Source: a virus
DNA: 19,149 nucleotides
Direction: 5' to 3' (one strand)
Virus genome (UHGV): UHGV-0137562
The translations under genes and the position numbers were made by a program. Position 1 is the stretch's first letter. Every line of letters begins with the position of its first letter. Positions 1-10,402 of this stretch are shown piece after piece. A model generated the notes under the pieces. The model made no database searches. It was not told where the DNA came from and saw nothing but the letters and a program-made list of their open reading frames with translations.

Positions 1-2
1 AG

Positions 3-779
3 TTCCTGAAGAATCCCAGCAAGTCGCAGAAAGTGGTCAACATGACCATCTATGACGCTGAGCACTATACCGACGAGCAGAAAGAGCAAATCATCGCATC
101 CTATCCCGAGCATGAGAGAGAGGCGCGTGCTCGCGGGATTCCTACGATGGGTAGCGGTCGAATCTTCCAGATACCGGAAGAGACGATTAAGTGTCAGCCG
201 TTCGAGTGTCCTGATCACTTCTACGTAATTGGCGGGATGGATTTTGGATGGGATCACCCACAGGCGCAGGTTCAGCTTTGGTGGGATAAGGACGCAGACA
301 CAATCTACGTTTCACGCGTGTGGAAGGCGAAAGAAAAAACAGCCGTTCAGGCATGGGGAGCTGTTAAATCATGGGCGCATAAAGTGCCAACCGCATGGCC
401 TCATGACGGAAACCAGCATGAGAAGGGCGGCGGTGAGCAGCTCAAAGGGCAGTATGCAGACGCTGGATTTATGATGTTACAGGAGCATGCGACATGGCCT
501 GATGGCGGTAATGCTGTTGAGCCTGGAATCACTGAATTGCGCGACATGATGCTTGATGGTCGCTTCAAAGTATTCAACACCTGTGAGCCATTCTTTGAGG
601 AGTTCCGCCTCTATCACCGTGATGAAAACGGGAAGATCGTCAAGCTTAACGACGACGTTCTCTCAGCCGTTCGCTATGCATACATGATGCGCCGCTTCGC
701 CAAAATGATGCGCGACATCAAAAAACCAAAAGAGAAAAAGATACCAGCCCCAATCAGGCCCATCGCACGGAGAACTTAA
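3..779 (+). CDS. Terminase large subunit, C-terminal (nuclease) portion; 5' end lies upstream of the window
   Basis: Open frame runs from position 3 with no stop until TAA at 777-779. Contains a GMDFGWD acidic motif and a C-terminal NDDVLSAVRYA motif typical of the RNaseH-like terminase nuclease domain. Sits directly upstream of the portal gene with a TAA-ATG junction. Call by motif and synteny, not by search. Confidence 0.8.
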   Translation, partial: FLKNPSKSQKVVNMTIYDAEHYTDEQKEQIIASYPEHEREARARGIPTMGSGRIFQIPEETIKCQPFECPDHFYVIGGMDFGWDHPQAQVQLWWDKDADTIYVSRVWKAKEKTAVQAWGAVKSWAHKVPTAWPHDGNQHEKGGGEQLKGQYADAGFMMLQEHATWPDGGNAVEPGITELRDMMLDGRFKVFNTCEPFFEEFRLYHRDENGKIVKLNDDVLSAVRYAYMMRRFAKMMRDIKKPKEKKIPAPIRPIARRT

Positions 780-2945
780 ATGGCCGACGAAAACAGACTC
801 AATTCCATTCTGTGTAAGTTTGACGCGGACTGGATGGCGAGCGATGAAGCCAGAACCGAGGCGACAAATGACCTGTATTTTAGCCGAGTGTCGCAATGGG
901 ATGACTGGCTATCAAACTACACCACCCTGCAATATCGCGGACAATTCGATGTTGTTCGCCCGGTGGTCAGGAAGCTGGTCGCAGAGATGCGCCGTAACCC
1001 TATCGACGTTCTATTCAGACCAAAAGACGGCGCTAATCCTGATGCTGCCGATGTGTTGATGGGGATGTATCGTACTGATATGCGCCATAACACGGCAAAA
1101 ATTGCCGTTAACGTTGGCGTTCGTGAGCAGATAGAGTCAGGCGTTGGTGCATGGCGTCTGGTCACGCAGTACGAAGACAACGATCCAACAAGCAACAATC
1201 AGGTAATCCGACGCCTGCCAATCCATGAAGCCTGCTCACACGTCATATGGGACGCCAACAGCAAGCAGATGGATAAGAGCGACGCTAAGCACTGCACGGT
1301 GATTAACGCTTTGTCACGCAATGGCTGGAAAGAGTTCGCAGAGGATTACGGTATTGATCCGGACACCTTGCCATCTTTCCAGAATCCGAACGATACATGG
1401 CTGTTTCCGTGGGTATCGAATGATGTCGTCTACGTCGCTGAGTATTACGAGGTCGAAGAGAAGAAAGAGAAAGTCTTCATCTACCGCGACCCGCTGACAG
1501 GTGAGCCGGTCAGCTATTACCAGCAGGATATCAAAGACGTCATCGACGACCTGGCTAATCGTGGATTCATTAAGGTAGCAGAGCGCAAGGTGAAGCGTCG
1601 GCGTGTGTATAAGTCGATCATCACCTGCACGCAGATACTGAAAGACCGCGAGAAGATAGCCGGAGAGCATATTCCAATCGTTCCAGTGTATGGCGAATGG
1701 TCATTCGCTGGTGACAAGGAGTGCTACGAGGGCGTGGTAAGGCTGACGAAAGACGGTCAGCGCCTTCGTAACATGATCATGTCATTCAACGCCGATATTG
1801 TTGCTCGTTCACCGAAGAAGAAACCGACCTTCTTCCCTGAGCAAATCGAAGGCTACGAATACATGTACGGTGGAAATGATGACTATCCGTACTATCTGCA
1901 GAACAGGACCGATGAAAACGGTAACGACCTGCCGATTGGTCCAATCTCCTACATGGAAAACCCTGAAGTGCCGCAAGCCAACGCTTACATGCTTGAGGCT
2001 GCCACCAACGCAGTGAAAGAGGTGGCTAGTCTTGGCGTGGATGCGCAGGCGGCAAACTCTCAGGTCGCTTTCGATACCGTCAATCAACTGAACATGCGGG
2101 CGGACCTTGAGACATACGTGTTTCAGGATAACCTGGCTACCGCAATGCGACGTGATGGCGAGATTTATGCCTCAATGGTCAACGATATTTATGACGTTCC
2201 TCGTCATGTAACGCTGACACTTGAAGATGGAAGCGAGAAAGACGTTCAACTCTATGCGCAAGTTGTAGATTACCAGTCTGGCAATGTGGTCACACTCAAC
2301 GACATTCGCGGTCGCTATGAGTGCTATACAGACGTTGGACCATCCTTCCAGAGTATGAAGGAACAGAACCGCGCAGAGATTCAGGAGTTGCTCACCAAGG
2401 TTCCGCAAGGTACTCCAGAGTTCCAGATGCTGATGCTGCAATACTTCACGCTCCTTGACGGTAAAGGCGTCGAGATGATGCGAGAGTACGCGAATAAGCA
2501 ACTGGTGATGATGGGGCTGAAGAAACCAGAAACACCTGAAGAGATGGAGATGGTGCAACAGGCACAACAACAGCCGCAGCAGCCATCAGCAGAGCAAATT
2601 CAGGCGCAGGGTATCCTTCTGCAAGGTCAGGCTGAATTGCTCAAGGCAGAGAACCAACAGGCGCAGATTCAGGTTGAAGCCGCCAAGGTTGAAGCCCAAA
2701 ACCAACTCAACGCCGCGAAGATTGCAGAAATCTTCAACAATATGGACCTCGACAAGCAGGCAGAACTGCGTGAGTACCTCAAGCTCGTAGGTCAATTCCA
2801 GCAACAGCGCAGCAAAGATGCTCGTGCTAACGCTGAGCTGCTTCTTAAAGATGCAGACCAGACTCATTCACAACGCATGGATTTCGCGAATCTTATGCGT
2901 CAAGTTCAAATCCCCTCCGGCGGAGTAGCCGAGACACCTCAATAA
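780..2945 (+). CDS. Portal protein (P22 gp1-like), 721 aa
   Basis: Length is close to the P22 portal (about 725 aa). Position is between terminase and scaffold. Long Q-rich, coiled-coil-like C-terminal tail ([18 protein letters not shown]...), as in the P22 portal barrel. ATG immediately follows the terminase stop. Confidence 0.9.
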   Translation: MADENRLNSILCKFDADWMASDEARTEATNDLYFSRVSQWDDWLSNYTTLQYRGQFDVVRPVVRKLVAEMRRNPIDVLFRPKDGANPDAADVLMGMYRTDMRHNTAKIAVNVGVREQIESGVGAWRLVTQYEDNDPTSNNQVIRRLPIHEACSHVIWDANSKQMDKSDAKHCTVINALSRNGWKEFAEDYGIDPDTLPSFQNPNDTWLFPWVSNDVVYVAEYYEVEEKKEKVFIYRDPLTGEPVSYYQQDIKDVIDDLANRGFIKVAERKVKRRRVYKSIITCTQILKDREKIAGEHIPIVPVYGEWSFAGDKECYEGVVRLTKDGQRLRNMIMSFNADIVARSPKKKPTFFPEQIEGYEYMYGGNDDYPYYLQNRTDENGNDLPIGPISYMENPEVPQANAYMLEAATNAVKEVASLGVDAQAANSQVAFDTVNQLNMRADLETYVFQDNLATAMRRDGEIYASMVNDIYDVPRHVTLTLEDGSEKDVQLYAQVVDYQSGNVVTLNDIRGRYECYTDVGPSFQSMKEQNRAEIQELLTKVPQGTPEFQMLMLQYFTLLDGKGVEMMREYANKQLVMMGLKKPETPEEMEMVQQAQQQPQQPSAEQIQAQGILLQGQAELLKAENQQAQIQVEAAKVEAQNQLNAAKIAEIFNNMDLDKQAELREYLKLVGQFQQQRSKDARANAELLLKDADQTHSQRMDFANLMRQVQIPSGGVAETPQ

Positions 2946-2958
2946 GAGAGAGTTAATC

Positions 2959-3870
2959 ATGGACCAAACCACCGACATTCAGGCTTCTGAAGAATTAACC
3001 CTGCCCGGCAATCATGCAGCGGCATCTGCTGATGGCTTAGTTGTCGATAATGCCAACGACAACGCAGGTCAGGAAGAAGGCTTCGAGATTGTCCTGAAAG
3101 ACGATGAGAAACCAAAACAAGACCCGGCAACTAATGCTGAATTTGCCCGTCGCCGCATCGAACGCAAACGCCAGCGTGAGCTTGAGCAGCAGATGGAAGC
3201 GGTTAAGCGTGGAGAATTGCCGGAGCACCTGCGGGTGAACCCTGAGTTACCAAAACAACCAGACCCTAACGATTATCTTTCCGAAGATGCACTGGCTAAG
3301 TACGACTATGACCAGAGCCGCGCACTGGCTGCCTTCCAGCAGGCAAACAGTGAATGGCAGATCAAGGCTATGGACGCACGAAGCCAGGCTGTCGCCGAGC
3401 AGGGTCGCAAAACTCAGGAGTTCACCCAGCAATCAGCGCAATACGTCGAGGCAGCCCGTAAGCACTACGACGCAGCGGAAAAGCTCAATATCCCTGACTA
3501 TCAGGAGAAAGAGGATGCATTCATGCAACTGGTGCCGCCAGCAGTCGGTGCCGACATCATGCGCCTCTTCCCGGAGAAATCCGCTGCTCTCATGTATCAC
3601 CTTGGTGCTAATCCTGAAAAAACACGCCAGTTGCTGGCGATGGACGGGCAATCCGCGTTGATTGAACTCACTCGACTGTCAGAACGTTTAACTCTCAAGC
3701 CTCGAGCCAAACCTGTTTCAGAAGCCCCGCTACCTGATGAACCCATTCAGGGACACGCTGTTGCTGCAAATATATCTGCGATTGAAAAGCAGATGGAAGC
3801 GGCAGCAAACAAAGGGGATGTAGAGACATACCGCAAGCTCAAGGCGCAACTGAATAAAGGAATTCGATAA
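2959..3870 (+). CDS. Scaffolding protein (P22 gp8-like), 303 aa
   Basis: Same length as P22 gp8. Charged, helical, low-complexity sequence. C-terminus [15 protein letters not shown] resembles the helix-turn-helix coat-binding tail of P22 scaffold. RBS-like GAGAG upstream. Sits between portal and coat. Confidence 0.85.
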   Translation: MDQTTDIQASEELTLPGNHAAASADGLVVDNANDNAGQEEGFEIVLKDDEKPKQDPATNAEFARRRIERKRQRELEQQMEAVKRGELPEHLRVNPELPKQPDPNDYLSEDALAKYDYDQSRALAAFQQANSEWQIKAMDARSQAVAEQGRKTQEFTQQSAQYVEAARKHYDAAEKLNIPDYQEKEDAFMQLVPPAVGADIMRLFPEKSAALMYHLGANPEKTRQLLAMDGQSALIELTRLSERLTLKPRAKPVSEAPLPDEPIQGHAVAANISAIEKQMEAAANKGDVETYRKLKAQLNKGIR

Positions 3871-4392
3871 TTATTTCGATATCGTGATGTTGTTTTCCTC
3901 GTCAAACTTTCTGATTACTTCTTTCGCCTCTTCGAATGAAGAACATACTTTTTGCACTCTTGCATTAAGCAGTCGCTTATGAGCGATCCATCTTTTCCGC
4001 GTGTTGCAAAAGTAAACTCCAGATATTCCGCTGGAGTTATTTTTAGATAGTTTGATTCTATTCCTTTGGTTTGCTGATTTTTTCACAAGACGAAGATTTT
4101 CAATTCTGTTGTCGTGTCGAATCCCATTTATATGGTCAATTTCCATGCCTTCTGGAATATCTCCGTTAAACATTACCCATACGATGCGGTGTGCTAGCCA
4201 CTTAATGCCGTTAATTCTTATGCGGATATATCCATTGCTTTCTAAAAGACCAGCAACTTTCCCAGCGTGTTTTGCATTCCAAACGTTGTGATAGTTGCGA
4301 TTCTTTTTGTTGTTGAAAAATTCAGAGCTTCTGGCTTTCCAAACCAAAGAACCATCGCGGTATTCGAAGTATTCATTCAGTTCCATGCTCAT
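3871..4392 (-). CDS. HNH homing endonuclease with AP2-like DNA-binding domain, 173 aa
   Basis: Motif EIDHINGIRHDNRIENLRLVKKSANQRN is a classic HNH (His-Asn-His) core. It is followed by SGISGVYFCNTRKRWIAHKRLLNARVQKVCSSFEEAKE, resembling the AP2 domain common in phage HNH endonucleases. Gene is AT-rich, on the opposite strand, and its stop abuts the scaffold stop. Confidence 0.8.
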   Translation of the reverse strand: MSMELNEYFEYRDGSLVWKARSSEFFNNKKNRNYHNVWNAKHAGKVAGLLESNGYIRIRINGIKWLAHRIVWVMFNGDIPEGMEIDHINGIRHDNRIENLRLVKKSANQRNRIKLSKNNSSGISGVYFCNTRKRWIAHKRLLNARVQKVCSSFEEAKEVIRKFDEENNITISK

Positions 4393-4400
4393 AACCCTAA

Positions 4401-4445
4401 TGCGCTATATGTTGATATAACAATAGTATAGCACATAAAGAAAGT
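4401..4445 (-). promoter_or_regulatory. Possible sigma70-type promoter for the HNH gene (minus strand)
   Basis: AT-rich 67-bp spacer upstream of the HNH start. Its reverse complement contains TTGAAT and TGCTATACT (extended -10-like) elements. Spacing is imperfect, so low confidence. Confidence 0.3.
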
Positions 4446-4459
4446 AAGGTATTCAATAT

Positions 4460-5755
4460 ATGACTCTCAAAGAAGGGCAGTTAGTTACTTACGCTATCGA
4501 TGAAATCATCGAAACCGTCCAGAACCTGACGCCAATGGCGTCCAAAGTGACAAAATACACCCCTCCGGCAGAATCCATGCAGCGTTCAAGCAACACCGTG
4601 TGGATGCCTGTTGAGCAGGAAGCGCCAACCCAGACTGGCTGGGATTTAACTGGCAACGCAACCGGGATTCTGGAACTCTCCGTGAAATGCAACATGGGTG
4701 ATCCGGATAACGATTTCTTCGAGCTTCGTGCAGATGACCTGCGTGATGAGCGTTCTTACCGTCGCCGCATCCAGGCATCCGCCAAAAAACTGGCGAATAA
4801 CATTGAGTCAGCGATTGCCAAACAGGCAACTGAAATGGGCTCGCTTGTTGTTCACGATACCCGCGCAATTGGTCCATCTACTGGCCTGTCTGGCTGGGAT
4901 TTTGTGTCTGATGCAGAGCGCCTGATGTTCTCCCGTGAGCTAAACCGCGATATGGGCATCAGTTACTTCCTGAACCCTGACGATTACCGCAAAGCAGGCC
5001 GCAACCTGGTAGATGGTGACATCTTCGGGCGCGTTCCTGAAGAAGCGTATCGCAACGGTACTATTCAGCGTCAGATTGCTGGCTTTGATGAAATTCTTCG
5101 CTCGCCGAAACTTCCTGCAGTTACCAAGTCAACCGCTACTGGTGTAACTGTTTCTGGTGCGCAGAAGTTTAAGCCGCAGGCATACACCCTTGATACCGAT
5201 GGTAACAAAGAGAACGTCGACAACCGTGTTGCAACGGTGACCGTATCCTCCACCACCGGATTTAAGCGCGGCGACAAAATCAGCTTCACTGGTGTGAAAT
5301 TCCTGTCTCAGATGGCGAAGAACGTGCTGACTGATGATGCGACTTTCTCAATCACCCGTGTGATCGATGGTACTCACATCGAAATCACGCCGAAACCGAT
5401 TGCACTGGATGACGCGTCACTGACAAAAGAAGAGAAGGCTTACGCTAACGTAAACACCTCTCTTGCTGATTCCACTCCGGTAAACGTTCTGAACGTGGCA
5501 ACAACCACCGCTAACGTGTTCTGGGCTGATGACTCAATCCGCCTGCTGTCTCAGCCGATTCCGGTAACCCATGAACTGTTTGCTGGCATGAAAACGTCTT
5601 CCTTCAGCATTCCTGGTATTGGTGTTAACGGCATCTTCGCAACGCAGGGTGATATCAATACTCTGTCTGGTAAGTGCCGTATTGCTGTGTGGTATTCAGC
5701 ATGTGCTGTACGGCCAGAGGCAATTGGTGTTGGTCTGCCTAACCAGACCGCGTGA
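4460..5755 (+). CDS. Major capsid (coat) protein (P22 gp5-like, HK97 fold), 431 aa
   Basis: Length matches P22 coat (430 aa). N-terminal and internal segments ([46 protein letters not shown]) agree with my recollection of P22 gp5. Followed by a strong terminator. Confidence 0.92.
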   Translation: MTLKEGQLVTYAIDEIIETVQNLTPMASKVTKYTPPAESMQRSSNTVWMPVEQEAPTQTGWDLTGNATGILELSVKCNMGDPDNDFFELRADDLRDERSYRRRIQASAKKLANNIESAIAKQATEMGSLVVHDTRAIGPSTGLSGWDFVSDAERLMFSRELNRDMGISYFLNPDDYRKAGRNLVDGDIFGRVPEEAYRNGTIQRQIAGFDEILRSPKLPAVTKSTATGVTVSGAQKFKPQAYTLDTDGNKENVDNRVATVTVSSTTGFKRGDKISFTGVKFLSQMAKNVLTDDATFSITRVIDGTHIEITPKPIALDDASLTKEEKAYANVNTSLADSTPVNVLNVATTTANVFWADDSIRLLSQPIPVTHELFAGMKTSSFSIPGIGVNGIFATQGDINTLSGKCRIAVWYSACAVRPEAIGVGLPNQTA

Positions 5756-5763
5756 TAACCAGA

Positions 5764-5785
5764 GGGAGCTTCGGCTCCCTTTTCT
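5764..5785 (+). terminator. Rho-independent terminator after the coat gene
   Basis: GGGAGC-TTCG-GCTCCC hairpin (6-bp GC-rich stem, 4-nt loop) followed by TTTTCT, immediately after the coat stop. Confidence 0.65.
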
Positions 5786-5798
5786 ATTGGAGATACCA

Positions 5799-6392
5799 AT
5801 GAGCGTAATGATTTTTCAGGCTGGCGGAGATACCAAAATCTGGGGACGCAAGCTGAAAACGAAAACCGTTGATCCTGATGATGTAGCTGTGCACTTAGCA
5901 AATGGCTGGTATAAGCACCCTGACGATGTTCCTGATGATCCTCTTGTTGGTGATCACATTAGGAGTGTTGGCGTAGGTGAAACTTCCCCAGTTGATATGG
6001 GCGAAGTGTCCGACGGTTATCACACTTTTAACGAGCTTTACGCTCACCGAGTGCGCCTCTTCTCATCGCTGATGCATGCTTACGCTGAGCTTTCGTGGTG
6101 GTCTCGCAAACACAGTGACGGTGAAGAGTGGGATGGCTGGATCATTGCTGGTATCACCACTCCAGAAGGCGAAATCACTTATCACCTACCTGTTGAAGAA
6201 ATCGAGTTCCTTCCTGAAGGTACTGAGCTTGAGTTCGGGAAAGAGTGGGATGGTCATGAAGCAAATGATGTTCTTGGACGACTCCTGAGTTTGCGTCCGG
6301 CTATTGCAGAGCCAGAGCCAGAAGAAAAACAGCGTAAAAAGCCTGGTCGAAAACCTAAGGCGGCAGCAGATGAACCTGACAACGAAGGGTGA
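5799..6392 (+). CDS. Hypothetical, strongly acidic protein (197 aa) with lysine-rich C-terminal tail
   Basis: ATG at 5799 preceded by GGAG with 6-nt spacing. Very high Asp/Glu content ([41 protein letters not shown]), then [11 protein letters not shown]. Occupies the coat-to-gp4 slot, overlapping the gp4 start by 23 nt. No function recognised. Confidence 0.6.
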   Translation: MSVMIFQAGGDTKIWGRKLKTKTVDPDDVAVHLANGWYKHPDDVPDDPLVGDHIRSVGVGETSPVDMGEVSDGYHTFNELYAHRVRLFSSLMHAYAELSWWSRKHSDGEEWDGWIIAGITTPEGEITYHLPVEEIEFLPEGTELEFGKEWDGHEANDVLGRLLSLRPAIAEPEPEEKQRKKPGRKPKAAADEPDNEG

Positions 6393-6870
6393 TTTAGTCC
6401 TTGCGGCATTACGTAAGCTCGGTGTGGCATCAAATGCCACGTTAACAGATGTCGAACCGCAGTCTATGGAAGACGGCGTCAACGACCTTGAAATGATGAT
6501 GGCTGAATGGATTGGCGGTGATGCGTCACCTGGTATCAACGTTGGCTACATTTTTGCTGATGCAGATGTTGCTCCGGATCCGGGCGATGAGCACGGTTTA
6601 TCAAATAACGCTATCAATGCCGTCATTTTCAACCTTGCCTGCCGCATTGCTCCAGATTATGCGCTGGAAGCGTCTGCAAAACTTATAACCACTGCCAGAT
6701 ACGGGAAAGAGCGACTCGTCAAACTGTCTGCAATGGACAGAGCAAAAGCCGCTAAATGTAAGTCAGGTTATCCAAACCGTATGCCTGTTGGTAGTGGTAA
6801 CCAGTTGGCGAAGTGGAACGGTTGGAATTACTTCCAGCGAAAGGAACCTTGCGATAACGGGAGCGAATAA
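6370..6870 (+). CDS. Head completion / tail accessory protein (P22 gp4-like), 166 aa
   Basis: N-terminus [33 protein letters not shown] and later [14 protein letters not shown] match my recollection of P22 gp4. Length equals P22 gp4. The upstream in-frame part of the 6304 ORF is rejected as start. Confidence 0.85.
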   Translation: MNLTTKGDLVLAALRKLGVASNATLTDVEPQSMEDGVNDLEMMMAEWIGGDASPGINVGYIFADADVAPDPGDEHGLSNNAINAVIFNLACRIAPDYALEASAKLITTARYGKERLVKLSAMDRAKAAKCKSGYPNRMPVGSGNQLAKWNGWNYFQRKEPCDNGSE

Positions 6871-8289
6871 ATGCCGATTCAGCAACTTCCGCTTATGAAA
6901 GGTGTCGGCAAAGACTTTCGAAACGCCGACTATATCGACTATCTGCCAGTGAATATGCTGGCTACACCAAAAGAAATCCTTAACAGCAGCGGATATCTTC
7001 GCTCATTCCCGGGCATTGCCAAACGTTCTGATGTGAACGGTATATCGCGCGGCGTCGAGTACAACATGGCGCAGAGTGCTGTATATCGCGTGTGTGGGGG
7101 CAAGCTGTATAAGGGCGAAAGCGAAGTCGGTGATGTTGCCGGAAGTGGTCGTGTATCAATGGCGCATGGTCGGACATCTCAGGCTGTAGGCGTTAATGGT
7201 CAACTGGTAGAGTATCGCTATGATGGCACGGTTAAAACCGTCTCAAACTGGCCTGCAGATAGCGGATTCACTCAGTATGAGTTAGGTTCGGTTCGTGACA
7301 TTACGCGCTTGCGTGGGCGTTATGCGTGGTCAAAAGACGGCACTGATTCATGGTTTATCACTGACCTTGAAGACGAATCGCATCCTGACCGTTACAGCGC
7401 ACAATATCGTGCCGAGTCTCAGCCTGACGGCATCATCGGCATCGGAACATGGCGAGACTTCATCGTCTGCTTTGGTTCATCGACGATTGAATATTTCTCC
7501 CTGACTGGCGCAACCACCGTTGGTGCCGCTTTGTATGTCGCACAGCCATCACTGATGGTGCAAAAAGGCATCGCCGGGACTTACTGCAAAACGCCGTTTG
7601 CTGATTCGTATGCGTTCATCAGCAATCCGGCAACAGGTGCGCCGTCTGTGTACATCATCGGTTCCGGTCAGGTATCACCAATCGCCAGCGCGAGCATTGA
7701 GAAAATACTACGCTCCTACACTGCTGATGAACTGGCTGATGGCGTGATGGAGTCTCTGCGATTTGATGCGCATGAGTTGCTGATTATCCACCTTCCGCGC
7801 CATGTCCTCGTGTACGACGCATCTTCAAGCGCCAATGGTCCGCAATGGTGTGTGTTGAAAACAGGCCTGTATGACGATGTGTACCGCGCTATCGACTTCA
7901 TTTACGAAGGCAATCAGATAACGTGCGGCGATAAGCTGGAGTCCGTGACCGGGAAATTGCAGTTCGACATCAGCAGCCAGTATGGTCTTCAACAGGAACA
8001 CCTGCTGTTTACTCCTCTGTTCAAAGCGGATAACGCCAGAGTTTTCGACCTTGAAGTTGAATCTTCAACTGGCGTTGCGCAGTACGCTGACCGCCTGTTC
8101 CTCTCTGCAACCACTGACGGAATCAATTACGGACGTGAGCAGATGATTGAGCAGAATGAACCGTTCGTTTACGACAAGCGCGTTTTATGGAAGCGAGTCG
8201 GGCGCATCAGGAAAAATGTTGGCTTCAAATTGCGCGTTATCACGAAGTCACCTGTAACTCTGTCTGGCTGCCAGATAAGGATTGAGTAA
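6871..8289 (+). CDS. Tail accessory protein (P22 gp10-like), 472 aa
   Basis: Same length as P22 gp10. N-terminus [46 protein letters not shown] agrees with recalled P22 gp10. ATG directly follows the gp4 stop. Confidence 0.88.
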   Translation: MPIQQLPLMKGVGKDFRNADYIDYLPVNMLATPKEILNSSGYLRSFPGIAKRSDVNGISRGVEYNMAQSAVYRVCGGKLYKGESEVGDVAGSGRVSMAHGRTSQAVGVNGQLVEYRYDGTVKTVSNWPADSGFTQYELGSVRDITRLRGRYAWSKDGTDSWFITDLEDESHPDRYSAQYRAESQPDGIIGIGTWRDFIVCFGSSTIEYFSLTGATTVGAALYVAQPSLMVQKGIAGTYCKTPFADSYAFISNPATGAPSVYIIGSGQVSPIASASIEKILRSYTADELADGVMESLRFDAHELLIIHLPRHVLVYDASSSANGPQWCVLKTGLYDDVYRAIDFIYEGNQITCGDKLESVTGKLQFDISSQYGLQQEHLLFTPLFKADNARVFDLEVESSTGVAQYADRLFLSATTDGINYGREQMIEQNEPFVYDKRVLWKRVGRIRKNVGFKLRVITKSPVTLSGCQIRIE

Positions 8290-9242
8290 TGGCTGATTCG
8301 AATCTCAATGAGCCAGTAATCATCCAGGCTACGCGGCTCGATACATCAGTCCTTCCACGCAATATCTTCTCGCAGTCATATCTGCTGTACGTTATCGCAC
8401 AGGGTGCTGATGTTGGTAACGTGGCTAACAAGGCCAACGAAGCAGGGAAGGGGGCTTATGATGCACAGGTGAAGAATGATGAGCAGGATGTCACCCTTGC
8501 AGACCATGAATCCAGAATTGCTGCTGCTGAAGCAACTCTCGTCAATCATGAACATAGAATCGCAGCAGCGGAAAGCACTCTTGCAGATCATGAAACAAGG
8601 ATTACGGCTGCCGAAACAGAGCTGGCTGATCACGAGACGCGAATTGCTGCCAATGAATCTGAGTTAGCAAACCATGATGCGCGAATAACTCAGAATACAA
8701 CCGATATCAACGCACTTGATACCAGGCTCACAGCGGCAGAGGGAAGTATTTCGACGCTACAAAGCACAGTTGGTGATCACTCAACAAGAATATCTGCGCT
8801 TGAGTATGCCACCACGCGCAAGAAATCAGAGGTTGTTTACTCAGGAGTATCGGTAACCATTCCAACAGCGCCGACCAACCTTGTTAGCCTGCTGAAAACG
8901 CTCACGCCGTCATCCGGGACGTTGGCACCATTCTTCGATACTGATAACAACAAGATGGTTGTTTTCAACGAGAACAAAACCCTGTTCTTCAAGCTGTCGA
9001 TTGTCGGGACGTGGCCCAGCGGAACCGCAAACAGGTCAATGCAGCTAACCTTTTCCGGATCTGTTCCTGACACACTGGTAAGCAGTCGCAACTCGGCGAC
9101 AACAACCGATAACATCCTGTTAGCTACGTTCTTCAGCGTGGATAAAGACGGCTTTCTTGCCACAAATGGCAGTACGTTAACCATCCAGTCAAATGGGGCG
9201 GCGTTTACTGCCACAACCATCAAGATAATCGCGGAGCAGTGA
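8289..9242 (+). CDS. Tail needle (P22 gp26-like) with extended C-terminal knob domain, 317 aa
   Basis: N-terminus [43 protein letters not shown] matches the conserved gp26 N-terminal tip. Followed by a repetitive ADHE.RI.AAE coiled-coil region and a roughly 170-aa beta-rich C-terminal extension, as in Sf6/HK620-type knobbed needles. TAATG overlap with the gp10 stop. Confidence 0.85.
   Translation: MADSNLNEPVIIQATRLDTSVLPRNIFSQSYLLYVIAQGADVGNVANKANEAGKGAYDAQVKNDEQDVTLADHESRIAAAEATLVNHEHRIAAAESTLADHETRITAAETELADHETRIAANESELANHDARITQNTTDINALDTRLTAAEGSISTLQSTVGDHSTRISALEYATTRKKSEVVYSGVSVTIPTAPTNLVSLLKTLTPSSGTLAPFFDTDNNKMVVFNENKTLFFKLSIVGTWPSGTANRSMQLTFSGSVPDTLVSSRNSATTTDNILLATFFSVDKDGFLATNGSTLTIQSNGAAFTATTIKIIAEQ
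8493..8702 (+). repeat. Five tandem 42-bp (14-codon) repeats in the tail-needle coiled coil
   Basis: Translated units: [14 protein letters not shown] / [14 protein letters not shown] / [14 protein letters not shown] / [14 protein letters not shown] / [14 protein letters not shown]. The DNA repeats are visibly similar (e.g. gctgatcacgagacgcgaattgctgcc). Confidence 0.8.
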
Positions 9243-9697
9243 TGATTCAGTTCAACCCAACGCGAAACATCGACCTGATCGAAGCAGTCGGAAATCACCC
9301 TGACATTATTGCCGGGAGCAACAACGGTGATGGATACGACTACAAGCCTGAATGCCGTTACTTCGAGGTGAACGTGCACGGGCAGTTCGGCGGCATTGTT
9401 TACTATCAGGAGATTCAGCCTTTGACCTTTGATTGCCACGCCATGTACCTGCCAGAGGTTCGTGGATTCAGCAAGGAAATCGGGCTGGCGTTCTGGCGAT
9501 ACATTCTGACTAACACCACTGTTCAGTGTGTCACATCGTTCGCTGCACGCAAATTCCGCCACGGTCAGATGTACTGCGCAATGATTGGCCTTAAGCGTGT
9601 AGGAACCATCAAGAAATACTTCAAAGGCGTGGATGACGTGACTTTTTACAGCGCAACACGCGAAGAACTAATCGACTTCCTGAATCACGGGAGATAG
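9242..9697 (+). CDS. P22 gp14-like protein (ejection-protein assembly / injection), about 151 aa
   Basis: Sits in the gp14 slot between the needle and the gp7-like gene. ATG at 9242 overlaps the needle stop (TGATG); GTG at 9239 is the alternative start. Call by synteny and size only. Confidence 0.65.
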   Translation: MIQFNPTRNIDLIEAVGNHPDIIAGSNNGDGYDYKPECRYFEVNVHGQFGGIVYYQEIQPLTFDCHAMYLPEVRGFSKEIGLAFWRYILTNTTVQCVTSFAARKFRHGQMYCAMIGLKRVGTIKKYFKGVDDVTFYSATREELIDFLNHGR

Positions 9698-9699
9698 CC

Positions 9700-10392
9700 A
9701 TGTTATATGCATTTACGCTGGGCAGAAAACTGCGCGGCGAGGAACCTTATTGCCCTGAAAAAGGCGGGAAAGGTGGCAGCTCTGATAAAAGCGCAAAGTA
9801 TGCAGCAGAAGCTCAGAAGTATGCTGCAGACCTGCAAAATCAGCAGTTCAACACCATCATGAACAACCTGAAGCCGTTTACTCCTCTGGCTGATAAGTAT
9901 GTCGGCAGCCTCGAGAACTTATCGTCTCTGGAAGGGCAAGGTCAGGCACTTAACCAGTATTACAACTCTCAGCAGTACAAAGATCTTGCTGGTCAGTCTC
10001 GCTATCAGAGTCTGGCGGCAGCGGAAGCAACAGGTGGATTGGGTTCCACTGCAACCGGTAATCAGTTAGCAACAATCGCACCAACGCTTGGTCAGCAGTG
10101 GCTGTCTGGTCAGATGAACAACTACCAGAATCTGGCAAACGTTGGGCTTGGTGCTCTGCAAGGTCAGGCAAACGCAGGGCAGACATATGCCAACAACATG
10201 AGTCAGATTTCGCAGCAAAGTGCGGCTCTTGCAGCGGCAAATGCCAACAGACCATCAGCAATGCAATCTGCTATTGGCGGAGGTGCGTCTGGTGCTATTG
10301 CTGGGGCCGGACTTGCGAAATTAATTGGTTCATCAACTCCGTGGGGGGCTGCGATCGGCGGCGGTCTTGGTCTGCTTGGCTCGTTGTTTTAA
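9700..10392 (+). CDS. Ejection (internal virion) protein, P22 gp7-like, 230 aa
   Basis: Length matches P22 gp7 (229 aa). N-terminus MLYAF.LGRKLRGEEP...EKGGKGGSS as recalled for gp7. Gln/Asn-rich middle and Gly-rich hydrophobic C-terminus (GGGASGAIAGAGLAKLIG...GGGLGLLGSLF). Confidence 0.8.
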   Translation: MLYAFTLGRKLRGEEPYCPEKGGKGGSSDKSAKYAAEAQKYAADLQNQQFNTIMNNLKPFTPLADKYVGSLENLSSLEGQGQALNQYYNSQQYKDLAGQSRYQSLAAAEATGGLGSTATGNQLATIAPTLGQQWLSGQMNNYQNLANVGLGALQGQANAGQTYANNMSQISQQSAALAAANANRPSAMQSAIGGGASGAIAGAGLAKLIGSSTPWGAAIGGGLGLLGSLF

Positions 10393-10402
10393 GGGGTAAT
10401 CA

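Noticed and set aside
917-2867. Several 90-130-aa ORFs on the minus strand and in alternative + frames inside the portal gene (e.g. 917-1198, 1314-1670, 1809-2087, 2172-2570, 2586-2867)
   Set aside because: All are nested in the 721-aa portal reading frame. Their translations are low-complexity or Cys/His/Leu-rich, typical of antisense frames of a real gene.
6304-6369. Upstream in-frame ATG for the gp4-like gene (188-aa version)
   Set aside because: The conserved gp4 N-terminus begins at the ATG at 6370 (MNLTTKGDL...), giving the expected 166 aa; the extension lies inside the preceding acidic ORF.
8837-9562. 241-aa ORF on the minus strand
   Set aside because: Lies entirely antisense to the tail-needle and gp14-like genes, which are well supported by synteny and conserved N-termini. 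No RBS or recognisable motif; treated as a shadow ORF.
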